Shown: one piece after another, positions 48,654 to 58,695 of the stretch
Layout of the letters: every line of letters begins with the position of its first letter
Numbering within the stretch: the stretch's first letter is position 1
Assembly: GCA_016699365.1 (NCBI GenBank)
Contig: CP064973.1
Span: 429,684-493,683 of the forward strand
DNA: 64,000 nucleotides
Source: Candidatus Nomurabacteria bacterium
GTDB lineage: Bacteria; Patescibacteriota; Minisyncoccia; Phycocordibacterales; UBA9973
Direction: 5' to 3'
Notes under the pieces: generated by a model
The model's database searches: none
What the model saw: the letters and a program-made list of their open reading frames with translations, nothing else
Told to the model about the DNA's origin: nothing
Translations under genes and position numbers: made by a program

Positions 48654-48992
48654 TCACTACTTTTTTGAAAAAGTAGTGCAAAAACTTCTTTGCATTCAGT
48701 ACCAAGAATACTCACTAAATTCAAGTTCACTAAAAGTATTAACTCGCTTTGCTCAAACAGAATACTTTTTCCTTACGGAACGTTCACTTTCATTTGTTCG
48801 TATAATCTTGGTACTGAAAGGCAAAGCCTAGACTCAGGAATTCAGAATTCCCGTATAACTAAATCCATACTTTCTAAAAAGCCTTGCGCAGCCGGGTAGG
48901 CGAGCAGAGCAATTCGCTAGCAAGCGAATATGTGTGCTTTTTAAAAGTATCGATAAAAAAAGGGTTTTCCAGAAACCAAGCTCTGATTAACC
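48654..48992. ncRNA. Unclassified structured element, copy 2 of 2 (candidate ncRNA family)
   Basis: See copy 1 (23411-23757). Followed by terminator AACCCGCAGGGTGGGTTTTTT (49018-49045), whose G-U pairing favours the + strand. Confidence 0.4.
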
Positions 48993-49059
48993 GCAAACTG
49001 AATTGAAGTTATAAAAAGAAAAAACCCGCAGGGTGGGTTTTTTCTTTTGAAATGTTTTT

Positions 49060-50160
49060 TTATTTCTTTTCTTCTAGGAAAGCTAGAGTCATTCTTTGCT
49101 CCTTTGGTTCAAAGAGTGTGATTTGGAAATTGTAAGTTTTTCCAAGTTCCAAAACTTCACGAAGTTTTGCTTCTGAGCCAAATAGGGAATTGTGGACTAG
49201 TCCAGCTACACCCTCTTTGATTGAAACAAGAGCTCCATGACGGTTGTACTTGATTACAACTCCTTTTATGATATCTCCTTTTTTAAGTGATCCATCAAAT
49301 TCGTTCCATGGATTTTCTTTCAATGCTTTTATAGATAGAGAAATTTTTCCGTCTTTGATTTCAATTATCTTTGCTTTGATTTTGTCTCCAACTTTGAACA
49401 TACTGCGCAAGTCTTCAACTAGACCCCAATCAACTTCAGATATATGAACCAATCCTTCTAGTCCCTCTTCTATTTTCAAGAATACTCCGAAGTCTACGAT
49501 ACCAGCTACTGTTGCCTCTAGTTCATCACCAACTGTGTATTTACCAACGATTTCTTTGCGTTCTTCTGGGTTGTTGTCTTTTTCAGAGAAAATAAGTTTA
49601 CCTTCTTTTGGTAGGGCAGAAATTATGATTACTGAAAGTTTCTTTCCAACAAGTTTCTTCAATTCTTTTAGAATCTTATCTTTATCAGAATCTTCTACAC
49701 GAGGGTAGTGTTCAGGCTTTAGTTGAGATGCTGGTAGGAAACCTGCAATACCTTGCCACTCCATTATAAGACCTCCCTTGTTTGCTTCTTTTACCAAGAT
49801 GTCCATAATTGTTTTTTCCTTGATTGCAACATCTGCTTCACCCCAAAGTAGAGCTTGTTTAGCTTCTTTTAGAGAAAGTTCTGTATAACCATCTTCGTTT
49901 TCTACTTCAACTATTTTTGCCTTGATAACATCTCCGATATTTATCTTTTTGATTATATCTCGAGCGTTATTGTATTCGCGTCCGTAAATAACTCCAGTTC
50001 CAAATGGTTCTAGTGCTACATAAACAGCACTTTTTTCAATTGCAATAACTGGTCCCTCAACAAGAGATTCAACTTCTGGTCTTGGTTGTGCTGTATCTAG
50101 GATAGCGTCAGTTCCTGTAAGAACTATAGCTTCTACTTTTTGTTCTGTTTTTTTCTTCAT
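49060..50160 (-). CDS. rpsA: 30S ribosomal protein S1 (four S1 domains)
   Basis: Repeated S1-domain blocks (GDVIKAKIVEVENEDG, VGDKIKAKIIEIKDGKISLS). Start set at MKKKTEQKVE. The track start at 50250 runs through an upstream hairpin. Confidence 0.8.
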   Translation of the reverse strand: MKKKTEQKVEAIVLTGTDAILDTAQPRPEVESLVEGPVIAIEKSAVYVALEPFGTGVIYGREYNNARDIIKKINIGDVIKAKIVEVENEDGYTELSLKEAKQALLWGEADVAIKEKTIMDILVKEANKGGLIMEWQGIAGFLPASQLKPEHYPRVEDSDKDKILKELKKLVGKKLSVIIISALPKEGKLIFSEKDNNPEERKEIVGKYTVGDELEATVAGIVDFGVFLKIEEGLEGLVHISEVDWGLVEDLRSMFKVGDKIKAKIIEIKDGKISLSIKALKENPWNEFDGSLKKGDIIKGVVIKYNRHGALVSIKEGVAGLVHNSLFGSEAKLREVLELGKTYNFQITLFEPKEQRMTLAFLEEKK

Positions 50161-50394
50161 ATAAAATAAAAAATCCGCCGCAGCGGAAAATCCTTTTTGA
50201 ATATGGGTATTTTGGGTTTTTTCTCCCAAAAGGGTTATTCCATATTTCACGCCCTGCTCTACTAAACGTAGATTAACAAAGCGACTGCTAATACGGACAA
50301 TAATACCAGAAATAATACTAAATGCAAGGCAATTTGGTTATTTTGTTGATATAAAAAACTAGTCACACATCCTACTTTCTGGTATACTTCCTGC

Positions 50395-51012
50395 ATGATT
50401 ATTACATATTACGGAAAGCAGTTTTTCAAAATCACTCAAGGTGATCTTGTAATTGCCTATAATCCAATCTCCAAATCTTCAAATTTTTCTCCATCTCGCT
50501 TTGGTTCAGATATTGCAATTTCTTCAGTTTCAATGGGAGATTATTCTGGTATTGAAACTGTAACTTATTCTGGTAAAGAGCCTTTTGCTATTAGAGGTGC
50601 TGGAGATTATGAGGTAAAAGGTGTTTCTATAAAGGGAGTAGGAAGTGAAGTTTTGATTGATAATAAAAAATACATCAACACTGCCTATACTGTTACTCTT
50701 GAAGGTATTAAACTTGCTTTCATAGGTGCGCTAACAGAACTAAATGATGCAACTCGAGAATTGGTCTTGAGTGCTGATATACTTTTTGTCCCTGTTTCAG
50801 ATAAATTTTTACCTCCAGCAAAAGCTTATAAGGCCGCTCTATCACTTGAGCCACTTATAATTATTCCAATGGAAGATGCTAGCGGTGCGCCACTAAAACA
50901 ATTCTTAAAAGAGGGTGGGCAAGAAGACGCAGAAATAGTTGATAAGCTTACTATAAAGAAAAAAGATTTTGACGGAAAAGAAGCTGAGATAATAGTATTG
51001 AAGGAAGCTTAA
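50395..51012 (+). CDS. Hypothetical protein, possibly degenerate MBL-fold (UPF0173-like)
   Basis: N-terminus MIITYYGKQFFKITQGDLVIAYNP resembles the MKITYLGHS-type MBL-fold starts but lacks the His motif. Confidence 0.3.
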   Translation: MIITYYGKQFFKITQGDLVIAYNPISKSSNFSPSRFGSDIAISSVSMGDYSGIETVTYSGKEPFAIRGAGDYEVKGVSIKGVGSEVLIDNKKYINTAYTVTLEGIKLAFIGALTELNDATRELVLSADILFVPVSDKFLPPAKAYKAALSLEPLIIIPMEDASGAPLKQFLKEGGQEDAEIVDKLTIKKKDFDGKEAEIIVLKEA

Positions 51013-51023
51013 TAAAAAATTAG

Positions 51024-51284
51024 ATGATGTCCCAAATAGAAAAACTAAGACAGAAGTCAGAAAGCACACGCAAGCAGATTGCGTTACTGAGCACTTTTGT
51101 TATTACAGGTATTATAGTTATGTTCTGGGTTTATACCTTAGGAGAGCGTTTTAGTAATAGCTCAAGTAGTATAACCAAGGAAGCTTCATCTGATAAGCCC
51201 CTAAATATTCTGATTGGTTCTGTGGGAAATCTTTCTTCTGATATTAGAGCCAATGTAAGTGATGCACTGAATAATACAAATTAG
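51024..51284 (+). CDS. Small membrane protein, hypothetical
   Basis: 86 aa, 1 TM. Confidence 0.3.
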   Translation: MMSQIEKLRQKSESTRKQIALLSTFVITGIIVMFWVYTLGERFSNSSSSITKEASSDKPLNILIGSVGNLSSDIRANVSDALNNTN

Positions 51285-51304
51285 ATTTAATTTTTTAGAT
51301 ATAC

Positions 51305-53770
51305 ATGCCAAAACCAAAAGCAAAAGAAAATACTGCACCAATCGGAGAGCCTAGACAAAACGTAGTGCCGATAAATATCACAACTGAGATGAAAGATTCG
51401 TATATTAGTTATGCGATGAGTGTTATAACTGCGCGTGCATTGCCTGATATTCGTGATGGACTAAAACCTGTGCATCGTAGAATTTTGTATTCAATGTATG
51501 AAAACGGTCATACATCAAGCGCAAAAACAGTTAAATCTGCGCGTATTGTTGGAGACGTGCTAGGTAAATACCATCCGCATGGTGACTCTTCAGTTTATGA
51601 CGCAATGGTGCAAATGGCTCAAGAATTCTCTACTAGATATCCATTGGTTATCGGTCAAGGTAACTTCGGTACTATAGATGGAGATGGTGCAGCGGCAATG
51701 CGTTATACAGAGGCAAAGATGTCAAAGGTTGCTAGTGAGCTTTTGCGTGATCTAGACAAAGAGACTGTAGACTGGAGCCCAAACTATGACAACACTCGTA
51801 AAGAACCTAAGGTTTTACCTACTGCAGTACCGAACCTTCTTTTAAATGGAACTCTTGGTATCGCTGTTGGTATGGCAACAAATATACCTCCACACAATTT
51901 GGGAGAGGTTATAGATGCAACACTACACTTGATAGACAATCCTGATGCAACAACTGACGACCTACTTGGTTTTATACAAGGTCCAGATTTTCCTACAGGA
52001 GGAATTGCTTTTGGTGCAAAAGACATGCTTCATGCATATGCGACAGGACGTGGTGGAGTGGTGTGTCGAGGAGAAGCTGAAATTGCTGAACAAAAGTCAG
52101 GTCTTGCTCAAATCATAATTACTTCAATACCTTATCGTGTAAACAAACAGGATTTGGTAGTTGCTATTGCAAATCTTGTTCAAGAAAAAAAACTTGAAGG
52201 TATAAAAGGCCTAAGAGATGAATCTACAAAAGATATACGAGTTGTTATAGATTTGAAAAATGGAGTTCATCCACAAAAAGTTTTGAATTATCTCTACAAA
52301 CACACTCAACTTGAAAATACATTTCACTTCAACTTAGTCGCTCTAGTCGATGGTATTCCTCAGACTTTGGCGCTAAAAACATTTTTATCTGAATTCGTAT
52401 CTCATCGAAACGAAGTAGTTCGTCGTAGAACTATATACGATCTACGCAAGGCCGAGGAAAGAGAGCATATACTTCTAGGTTTGAAGAAGGCGCTTGATCA
52501 TATTGATAAAGTTATCTCTGTTATCCGTGCATCAAAAGATACTGCTGTTGCAAAGGCTAATTTGATGAAAGAATTTAAGTTTACTGAAATCCAAGCAACT
52601 GCAATTTTGGAAATGAAACTCCAGAAACTTGCTGGTCTTGAACGTAAAAATGTTGAACTTGAGTTAAAAGAGAAGCAAGAATTGATTGCCTTCTTGAAGG
52701 ATTTGCTAGCTCATCCAAAGAAAATTCTCAAAGTTATTTCTGACGAGTTAGTAGAAATAAAATCAAAATATAACGACGATCGTCGTACAAAGATTGTCAA
52801 AGGTGGAGTAAAAATGATAAATGACGAGGATCTTATTCCTGAAAAAGAGTCTGTTCTTGTCTACACGGCTGGTGGTTATGTAAAACGTACAGATCCAATT
52901 GAATACCGAGCACAGAAACGTGGCGGTGTTGGTGTTGTAGATCTAGAAACAAAAGAAGAGGATTTTATAACTCAGCTTCTAAATGCAAACACACATAGTG
53001 ACCTGCTATTCTTTACTAATCTAGGTAAGGCTTATCAGATAAAGATGTACGACATACCAGAAGGTAAGCGTGCTACAAAAGGAAAATCTATAATGAACTT
53101 CCTCGCACTAGGAACAGATGAACAAGTTATGTCTATTTTGCCTGTTTCAAAAGAAAAGAAAGCAAAAGAACAATACCTGATGCTTGTAACTGAAAATGGT
53201 ACTGCAAAGAAGATGGCATATTCTCACTTCAAAGACGTTCGCAGAAGTGGCTTGATTGCTATAAAGCTCGATAAAGATGATTCTCTAAAGTCTGCAAAGT
53301 TGGTAGAAAAAGGTGACGATATGATGCTTGTTACAGCCGACGGTCAGTCTATTCGATTCAAAGAAAGTGATATTCGTGAAATGGGGCGCACAGCAGGTGG
53401 TGTACGTGCAATGAAAGTTGATAAAGGCGATTCAATAATCGGCGTAGATGTAGTATCAAAAGATTCTAGTACTTCTGTATTGCTTACAATGAGTTCAAAT
53501 GGTCTTGGTAAATGTACTAAACTAACAGAATATAAAGTTCAGAAACGTGGAGGTTCAGGTATAAAGACTGCAAAAGTTACAACCAAAACAGGAAAGCTAA
53601 TCGTAGCAAAAGTTGTTACTGACGAAGAAGAGCTAATCTCTATGTCTAAAAAAGGTCAAGTTATAAGAGTTGAATTGAAATCAGTTCCAAGACTCGGTCG
53701 CGACACCCAAGGAGTTACTATTATGAAACTTAGAGCGGGGGACGGCATAGCATCTCTCACATGTTTTTAA
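51305..53770 (+). CDS. gyrA: DNA gyrase subunit A
   Basis: Motifs [44 protein letters not shown], and C-terminal beta-pinwheel repeats. Confidence 0.9.
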   Translation: MPKPKAKENTAPIGEPRQNVVPINITTEMKDSYISYAMSVITARALPDIRDGLKPVHRRILYSMYENGHTSSAKTVKSARIVGDVLGKYHPHGDSSVYDAMVQMAQEFSTRYPLVIGQGNFGTIDGDGAAAMRYTEAKMSKVASELLRDLDKETVDWSPNYDNTRKEPKVLPTAVPNLLLNGTLGIAVGMATNIPPHNLGEVIDATLHLIDNPDATTDDLLGFIQGPDFPTGGIAFGAKDMLHAYATGRGGVVCRGEAEIAEQKSGLAQIIITSIPYRVNKQDLVVAIANLVQEKKLEGIKGLRDESTKDIRVVIDLKNGVHPQKVLNYLYKHTQLENTFHFNLVALVDGIPQTLALKTFLSEFVSHRNEVVRRRTIYDLRKAEEREHILLGLKKALDHIDKVISVIRASKDTAVAKANLMKEFKFTEIQATAILEMKLQKLAGLERKNVELELKEKQELIAFLKDLLAHPKKILKVISDELVEIKSKYNDDRRTKIVKGGVKMINDEDLIPEKESVLVYTAGGYVKRTDPIEYRAQKRGGVGVVDLETKEEDFITQLLNANTHSDLLFFTNLGKAYQIKMYDIPEGKRATKGKSIMNFLALGTDEQVMSILPVSKEKKAKEQYLMLVTENGTAKKMAYSHFKDVRRSGLIAIKLDKDDSLKSAKLVEKGDDMMLVTADGQSIRFKESDIREMGRTAGGVRAMKVDKGDSIIGVDVVSKDSSTSVLLTMSSNGLGKCTKLTEYKVQKRGGSGIKTAKVTTKTGKLIVAKVVTDEEELISMSKKGQVIRVELKSVPRLGRDTQGVTIMKLRAGDGIASLTCF

Positions 53771-53774
53771 AATT

Positions 53775-54305
53775 ATGGATATAGACTTTGGAGTTCCAGC
53801 AAGCAATTTAAAACAATTTGGTTTAGGGAGCACTCTACATGTTGCTGATTTAGGTGCAGGTTCTGGGCATTACACAAGAGCTTTGTCTGGCATGCTTAGT
53901 GAAGGTAAAGTTTATGCTATAGAAGTTCAAAAAGAGATACTAGAGCGTTTAAAGAATGATCTCTCTCGTGAAGGTAAAACAAACGTAGAATATATCTGGG
54001 CAAATATAGAAAAAATGGGTGGTACAAAATTGGCTGACAATTCTCTTGATGCAGTTGTAATTTCTAATGTATTTTTTCAAATTGAAGATAAAGTAACTTT
54101 CATAAAAGAAGTTAAAAGAATTCTTAAGCCAAAAGGTAGAATACTTTTGATAGATTGGTCAGGCTCGTTTGGTGGCATGGGTCCAACAAGTGAATCTGTT
54201 GTTACAGAAGATAGTGCGCGAAGCTTGTTTGAAAACAATGGTTTTGTTTTTGAAAAAAATATAAACGCTGGAGCAAATCACTGGGGGATGGTTTTGGTGA
54301 AATAG
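53775..54305 (+). CDS. Class I SAM-dependent methyltransferase
   Basis: VADLGAGSGHYT motif I and ILLIDW motif. Confidence 0.6.
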   Translation: MDIDFGVPASNLKQFGLGSTLHVADLGAGSGHYTRALSGMLSEGKVYAIEVQKEILERLKNDLSREGKTNVEYIWANIEKMGGTKLADNSLDAVVISNVFFQIEDKVTFIKEVKRILKPKGRILLIDWSGSFGGMGPTSESVVTEDSARSLFENNGFVFEKNINAGANHWGMVLVK

Positions 54306-54374
54306 TCGCTTCGTTAGAAAAAACCACAAGATTTCTTTGCACAAAAAACCTTAAAGGGTATAATTAAACTACTA

Positions 54375-55673
54375 ATGTCGAATTTTCAAATTGCGCTTTC
54401 AGTAATATTTGGTTTTGCTTTTTTGCTAGCCGTAGCAATATTTTCTGGTTTCATAAAAATTCCAGATAGAAATGCTGGTGGAATTGAAGGTGCGACTGGT
54501 CAGGTTGTAATGTGGGGAACTATTGATGATGGGGCTTTTAGAGATACGATAGAAGATTTCAATAGAAACAAAGATTACTCACTGCGCTATATAGAAAAGA
54601 AGTCTTCAACTTTCGATGCAGAGCTAATAGAAGCATTGGCTAGCGGTAAAGGCCCAGATCTTGTGCTTGTTTCGCAAGATATGTTATGGAAATATAAAAA
54701 CAAAGCTTACGTAATACCTTATGAAGGGTATAGTGAGCGTGTCTTTTTAGATACTTTTATTCCCGAGTCTGAAATATATTTGGTAAAAGAGGGAATACTC
54801 GCTCTACCTTTTACTGTTGATCCACTGGTCCTCTATTACAATAAAAATACTTTTACATCTACTGGGATAGTCTCCTATCCAAAGACTTGGACTGAACTTG
54901 TAAATATTGTTCCGCTTCTTGTTGAGAAAGATGCTAGTGGAAATATAATTCGTGGAGCTATAGGTATGGGATCTTTTACAAATGTTACTCATGCAAAAGA
55001 AATACTCGCTACACTTTTTTTACAATCAGGTGTTGATATTACATCATACGACCGTACTACTGGGGAACTAGACGCAGCTATAAAATCTACATCAAATAAT
55101 TCATCAGTTGCAGAACAAGTAACAGAATTTTTCACAAATTTCACAGATCCAGTATTGTCTACTTACACATGGAATACTGCTCTCCCAGAATCTCGTGATG
55201 CATTTATAGCGGGCGACCTGGCTATGTATATAGGATATGCTAGTGAGGTGGAAAGTATCAGGGCAAAAAATCCAAATCTAGATTTTGATGTTGCTCCGAT
55301 TCCGCAATTGGACAATACAAAGACTAAGGTCACTTTTGGTGATATGAAGGGAATTATGATAATGAATGCTTCTAAAAACCGAAACACAGCATATGTTGTC
55401 TCAGCATTGCTGTCAGGCAATGAATTCCTGTCTTCTTTTACCCCAAACCTAAATCTTCCGCCGGTTCGCAGAGACTTGCTTGCTAGTAGACCAACAGACC
55501 CAATACTTTCCATATTCTATACAGAGGCTCTTATATCTCGTGGTTGGATTGATCCATCTAGTATAAAGACAACAGACATACTTAGTCGTCTAACTTCTGG
55601 AATCTACGAACCATACCAAGCAGTTTCTCTTGCTAACGAAGAATTATCTTTATTTATAAATAGCGGAATATAA
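54375..55673 (+). CDS. ABC transporter solute-binding protein (family 1, sugar type), membrane-anchored
   Basis: N-terminal TM helix followed by an SBP_bac_1-like domain. An orphan gene: no permease or ATPase is adjacent. Confidence 0.55.
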   Translation: MSNFQIALSVIFGFAFLLAVAIFSGFIKIPDRNAGGIEGATGQVVMWGTIDDGAFRDTIEDFNRNKDYSLRYIEKKSSTFDAELIEALASGKGPDLVLVSQDMLWKYKNKAYVIPYEGYSERVFLDTFIPESEIYLVKEGILALPFTVDPLVLYYNKNTFTSTGIVSYPKTWTELVNIVPLLVEKDASGNIIRGAIGMGSFTNVTHAKEILATLFLQSGVDITSYDRTTGELDAAIKSTSNNSSVAEQVTEFFTNFTDPVLSTYTWNTALPESRDAFIAGDLAMYIGYASEVESIRAKNPNLDFDVAPIPQLDNTKTKVTFGDMKGIMIMNASKNRNTAYVVSALLSGNEFLSSFTPNLNLPPVRRDLLASRPTDPILSIFYTEALISRGWIDPSSIKTTDILSRLTSGIYEPYQAVSLANEELSLFINSGI

Positions 55674-55677
55674 TTTT

Positions 55678-56079
55678 ATGAAAAAAATACCTTCTATATT
55701 TTCTGGTTTACTAATATTTTCATTTATATTTATATTTAGTTCTGTGCTTTCTCCTGATTTTGCATCAGCCGAATCTTTGATTCCATGTGACGGTGGTCCT
55801 ACAAATGGATGTGACTTCAACGATCTTATGGCTTTGGTAAACAATGTGATCAACTTTTTGATATTTGACCTCGCACTACCTATTGCGGCTGTGGTTATAG
55901 CTTATGCTGGTTTCTTATTTCTCACTAGTGGAGATGAGCCAGGCAAGCGCACAAAGGCAAAGAACATGCTTGTGAATATAGTTATAGGTTTGGTACTTGC
56001 ACTTGCGAGTTGGCTTATAGTGCAAACAATACTTTTATCACTCGGCTATGATGGACCACTCTTTCTTAGTAACGATTAG
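55678..56079 (+). CDS. Small secreted 2-helix hairpin protein, paralog 1 of 5 (VirB2/TrbC pilin-like topology)
   Basis: Signal peptide, Cys pair (PCDGGPTNGC), then hydrophobic helix, charged loop GDEPGKRTKAKN, hydrophobic helix. Confidence 0.5.
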   Translation: MKKIPSIFSGLLIFSFIFIFSSVLSPDFASAESLIPCDGGPTNGCDFNDLMALVNNVINFLIFDLALPIAAVVIAYAGFLFLTSGDEPGKRTKAKNMLVNIVIGLVLALASWLIVQTILLSLGYDGPLFLSND

Positions 56080-56097
56080 TAATATATAATTTTAAAT

Positions 56098-56571
56098 ATG
56101 AAAAAGAAGATTTTTGTTTCTATAATTTCTCTGAGTTTCTTGTTTGCTTTCTTTCCAAGTATCAATGTTTACGCTGCGTGTCCGCCAAATTGTGATACAG
56201 GCGATATAACTGCAGGGGGAGATGGGGATATAACTGCTGGTGGTGACGGTACTGGTACAGCTGGAGGTGATACTGGATCTGGAGATTTTAGCTTAGATGT
56301 TACAATCGACAATCCTCTCGCAACTGACATAGATACTCTACCAGAATTCGTGGAAGAGGTTTTGCGAATAGTTTTGAAAGTTGGGATTCCAATAGTTACA
56401 TTATTTATAATCTACGCTGGCTTACTATTTGTTATGGCAGCTGGTAATCCTGAAAAGCTCAAAAAGGCAAAGGAAACACTTCTGTGGACACTTGTGGGAG
56501 CTGCGGTACTGCTCGGAGCGTGGGTTATAGCAGAGGCGATACAGGGCACACTTGTACAACTAGGAGCTTAA
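56098..56571 (+). CDS. Small secreted 2-helix hairpin protein, paralog 2 of 5 (VirB2/TrbC pilin-like topology)
   Basis: Signal peptide, ACPPNC, GDITAGGDG repeats, helix, loop GNPEKLKKAKE, helix. Confidence 0.5.
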   Translation: MKKKIFVSIISLSFLFAFFPSINVYAACPPNCDTGDITAGGDGDITAGGDGTGTAGGDTGSGDFSLDVTIDNPLATDIDTLPEFVEEVLRIVLKVGIPIVTLFIIYAGLLFVMAAGNPEKLKKAKETLLWTLVGAAVLLGAWVIAEAIQGTLVQLGA

Positions 56572-56590
56572 TATTTAATCAATAAATTTT

Positions 56591-56905
56591 ATGGGAGGAA
56601 CAGCAACAACATCATCATTTTGTCCGGTCACTATCAACACAATTGCAGATTTTTTGAATTTTTTTACATGTCTTATAAGTAAGTCTGTAATACCACTACT
56701 CATTGCTCTTGCTGTGATTGTGTTTATATGGGGAGTGCTCAAGTTTATTATGAATGCTGATGATAGTACAAAGCGTGAAGAGGGAAGGAATTTCATAATC
56801 TGGGGTCTTGTAGGACTTTTCGTAATGGTCTCTATTTGGGGTATTGTAAATATACTAAACAATACATTTGGAGTAAGTAATGTTATTCCACAGTTGCCTA
56901 TGTAG
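56591..56905 (+). CDS. Small 2-helix hairpin protein, paralog 3 of 5
   Basis: No signal peptide. Cys pair, helix, loop DDSTKREEGRN, helix. Confidence 0.45.
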   Translation: MGGTATTSSFCPVTINTIADFLNFFTCLISKSVIPLLIALAVIVFIWGVLKFIMNADDSTKREEGRNFIIWGLVGLFVMVSIWGIVNILNNTFGVSNVIPQLPM

Positions 56906-57018
56906 TGTGTGTTGTTTTTGCTCCTAGCTACTGTATAATTTACGTATAGCAAATTTGCACTTGTTCCACGGTCTGGGATAGGGCAATATTATAAATTAGT
57001 AATTTTTAGAATCATTTT

Positions 57019-57321
57019 ATGGATATTACAGATGTTTTAGCTAAAATAGGTGACATATTAAATGTTATCATCCCACTTCTTATAACTCTTGGAGTTATAT
57101 ACTTTATTTGGGGTGTTATCAAATACGTTACAGCAAAAGATGAAGATGCGCAGAAAGAAGGTCGCAATACTATCATCTCTGGAATCATTGGCTTGTTCGT
57201 TATCGTAGCTGTATGGGGTCTTGTAGGAATCCTACAGAACACATTTGAAACAGGAGACAATACTATCTCAAACGATGATATTCCTTGTATCCCTGGTGTT
57301 GGAACAAACGGAGATTGTTAA
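57019..57321 (+). CDS. Small 2-helix hairpin protein, paralog 4 of 5
   Basis: Helix, loop KDEDAQKEGRN, helix. C-terminal CIPGVGTNGDC. Confidence 0.45.
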   Translation: MDITDVLAKIGDILNVIIPLLITLGVIYFIWGVIKYVTAKDEDAQKEGRNTIISGIIGLFVIVAVWGLVGILQNTFETGDNTISNDDIPCIPGVGTNGDC

Positions 57322-57331
57322 TCTATAATAC

Positions 57332-57649
57332 ATGCCGGCACTTTTTCACAAAGCTTTGGCATCGACTACAGATTGTACATCTAGTATCGATGGGCTCCTT
57401 GCAAAGATAAATCAATATTTGATAAATCCTCTTATTGTGTTTATGTTTGCGGTAGCACTAGCATACTTTATGTTTGGTGTAGTACAGTTTCTAACTCATC
57501 AAGAGAGTTCAGACGAACGCGCAAAAGGTCAGCAGCACATGCTATACGGAGTGATTGGAATGTTTATAATGATCGCCGTGTTTACAATCATGAGAATACT
57601 TGCAAACACTCTCGGTGGAGATACAACTTGTCTGCCTACTACAGTCTAG
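57332..57649 (+). CDS. Small 2-helix hairpin protein, paralog 5 of 5
   Basis: Helix, loop QESSDERAKGQQ, helix. C-terminal TCLPTTV. Confidence 0.45.
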   Translation: MPALFHKALASTTDCTSSIDGLLAKINQYLINPLIVFMFAVALAYFMFGVVQFLTHQESSDERAKGQQHMLYGVIGMFIMIAVFTIMRILANTLGGDTTCLPTTV

Positions 57650-57664
57650 TTTAAAAAAGCATAG

Positions 57665-57700
57665 AAAAAAACTGCTTCACAATTGTGAAGCAGTTTTGCT
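57665..57700. terminator. Terminator hairpin flanked by A and T runs, ending the five-gene array
   Basis: AAAAAAACTGCTTCACAATTGTGAAGCAGTTTTGCTTTG. Confidence 0.55.
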
Positions 57701-57716
57701 TTGTGCTTAAAATCTT

Positions 57717-58139
57717 TTACCATGGATTCCATGTGATGGCCAGCACGAGACCATCTTCATCTACTTGGCATTTGCCGGTAAACGTATACGTGTAGTTGAT
57801 CCAATCGGCATCATACAGGGCATCAAGCTTAGCGTTGATGTTATCGCGGGTGGCTCTTCCTGCTTCCTGCCAGAACTTCATCTCGGCGGTATTTGCATAT
57901 CCGCCTGTGAAAAGGTCAAGCATGTCCACTCCTACGCCTTCCTGCAGGCGATTGTCTTCTTTCGAAGCTGAAATCGTCCTGGTAAAGGTATAAGTGAAAA
58001 CTGTTCCTTCAGTTACGTATTGGTTTCCCACTACTACTGTATTTTCCGGAGTTGGAGGAACGGTTGGCATCATGCCGCAGCTGGTCATACCCATAACTGC
58101 AGATAGAATAATCGTTGAAATCATCATATTTTTTTTCAT
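57717..58139 (-). CDS. Hypothetical lipoprotein (GC ~47%)
   Basis: Signal peptide plus lipobox MTSC. Rich in aromatic residues. Confidence 0.45.
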   Translation of the reverse strand: MKKNMMISTIILSAVMGMTSCGMMPTVPPTPENTVVVGNQYVTEGTVFTYTFTRTISASKEDNRLQEGVGVDMLDLFTGGYANTAEMKFWQEAGRATRDNINAKLDALYDADWINYTYTFTGKCQVDEDGLVLAITWNPW

Positions 58140-58239
58140 TTTGTTGAGTTTTTAATTTAAATTGTTCCTTTATGGTCTCGCAAGGGGAGGCACTAAAGGA
58201 ACAATTCAAACCAAAACTCTAAAGATCTCATTTGTCTAA

Positions 58240-58268
58240 AGTATAGCATATACTGACCCAAATGTCAA
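58240..58268 (-). promoter_or_regulatory. Consensus sigma70 promoter for the 57717-58139 gene
   Basis: Minus strand: TTGACA, 17-nt spacer, TATACT. The downstream 5' UTR holds a 13-bp inverted repeat (58160-58215). Confidence 0.45.
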
Positions 58269-58368
58269 GCTCTAAGGTATTTGATATATATGACTTAAAG
58301 CCTACAAAAACCTTGTAAAATAAGGCAAAAGAAAAAGGCGGGAATTTTCCCGCCTTTGTTTATTGGTA

Positions 58369-58695
58369 TTATTTAGTGAATTGTTTAATTATCTTGCCAA
58401 TATCGATACCAGCGATATTGAAGAATTTTTCCCCAGTCCTCTGCTTCAGGATTCGCTGGGTTTGTTCTTCAGCATCTTTTTCAGAGAGCCCTTTCCCAAT
58501 AACCTTTCCATTTTCATCTCTACCGCTCATTAGCATGGCTTTGATTTTTAGGAAGGTTTGGGCTTCATAGGCCTGGGCATTTCGCTCACGCTCCTCAACC
58601 GGGCTTTGATTCAGTGCCTCCAACAGTTTTGTATCTGTTGGTAATATTTCCTGAATTACAGCAAGTTTCACTTTGAATCCAAATTTCGGGAACAA
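58369..58695 (-). CDS. Hypothetical 108-aa ORF, possibly the frameshifted C-terminal part of the upstream SPFH-like gene
   Basis: TTG start overlapping the end of 58668-59426 in another frame. Helical, charged sequence typical of SPFH C-terminal regions. Confidence 0.3.
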   Translation of the reverse strand: MFPKFGFKVKLAVIQEILPTDTKLLEALNQSPVEERERNAQAYEAQTFLKIKAMLMSGRDENGKVIGKGLSEKDAEEQTQRILKQRTGEKFFNIAGIDIGKIIKQFTK

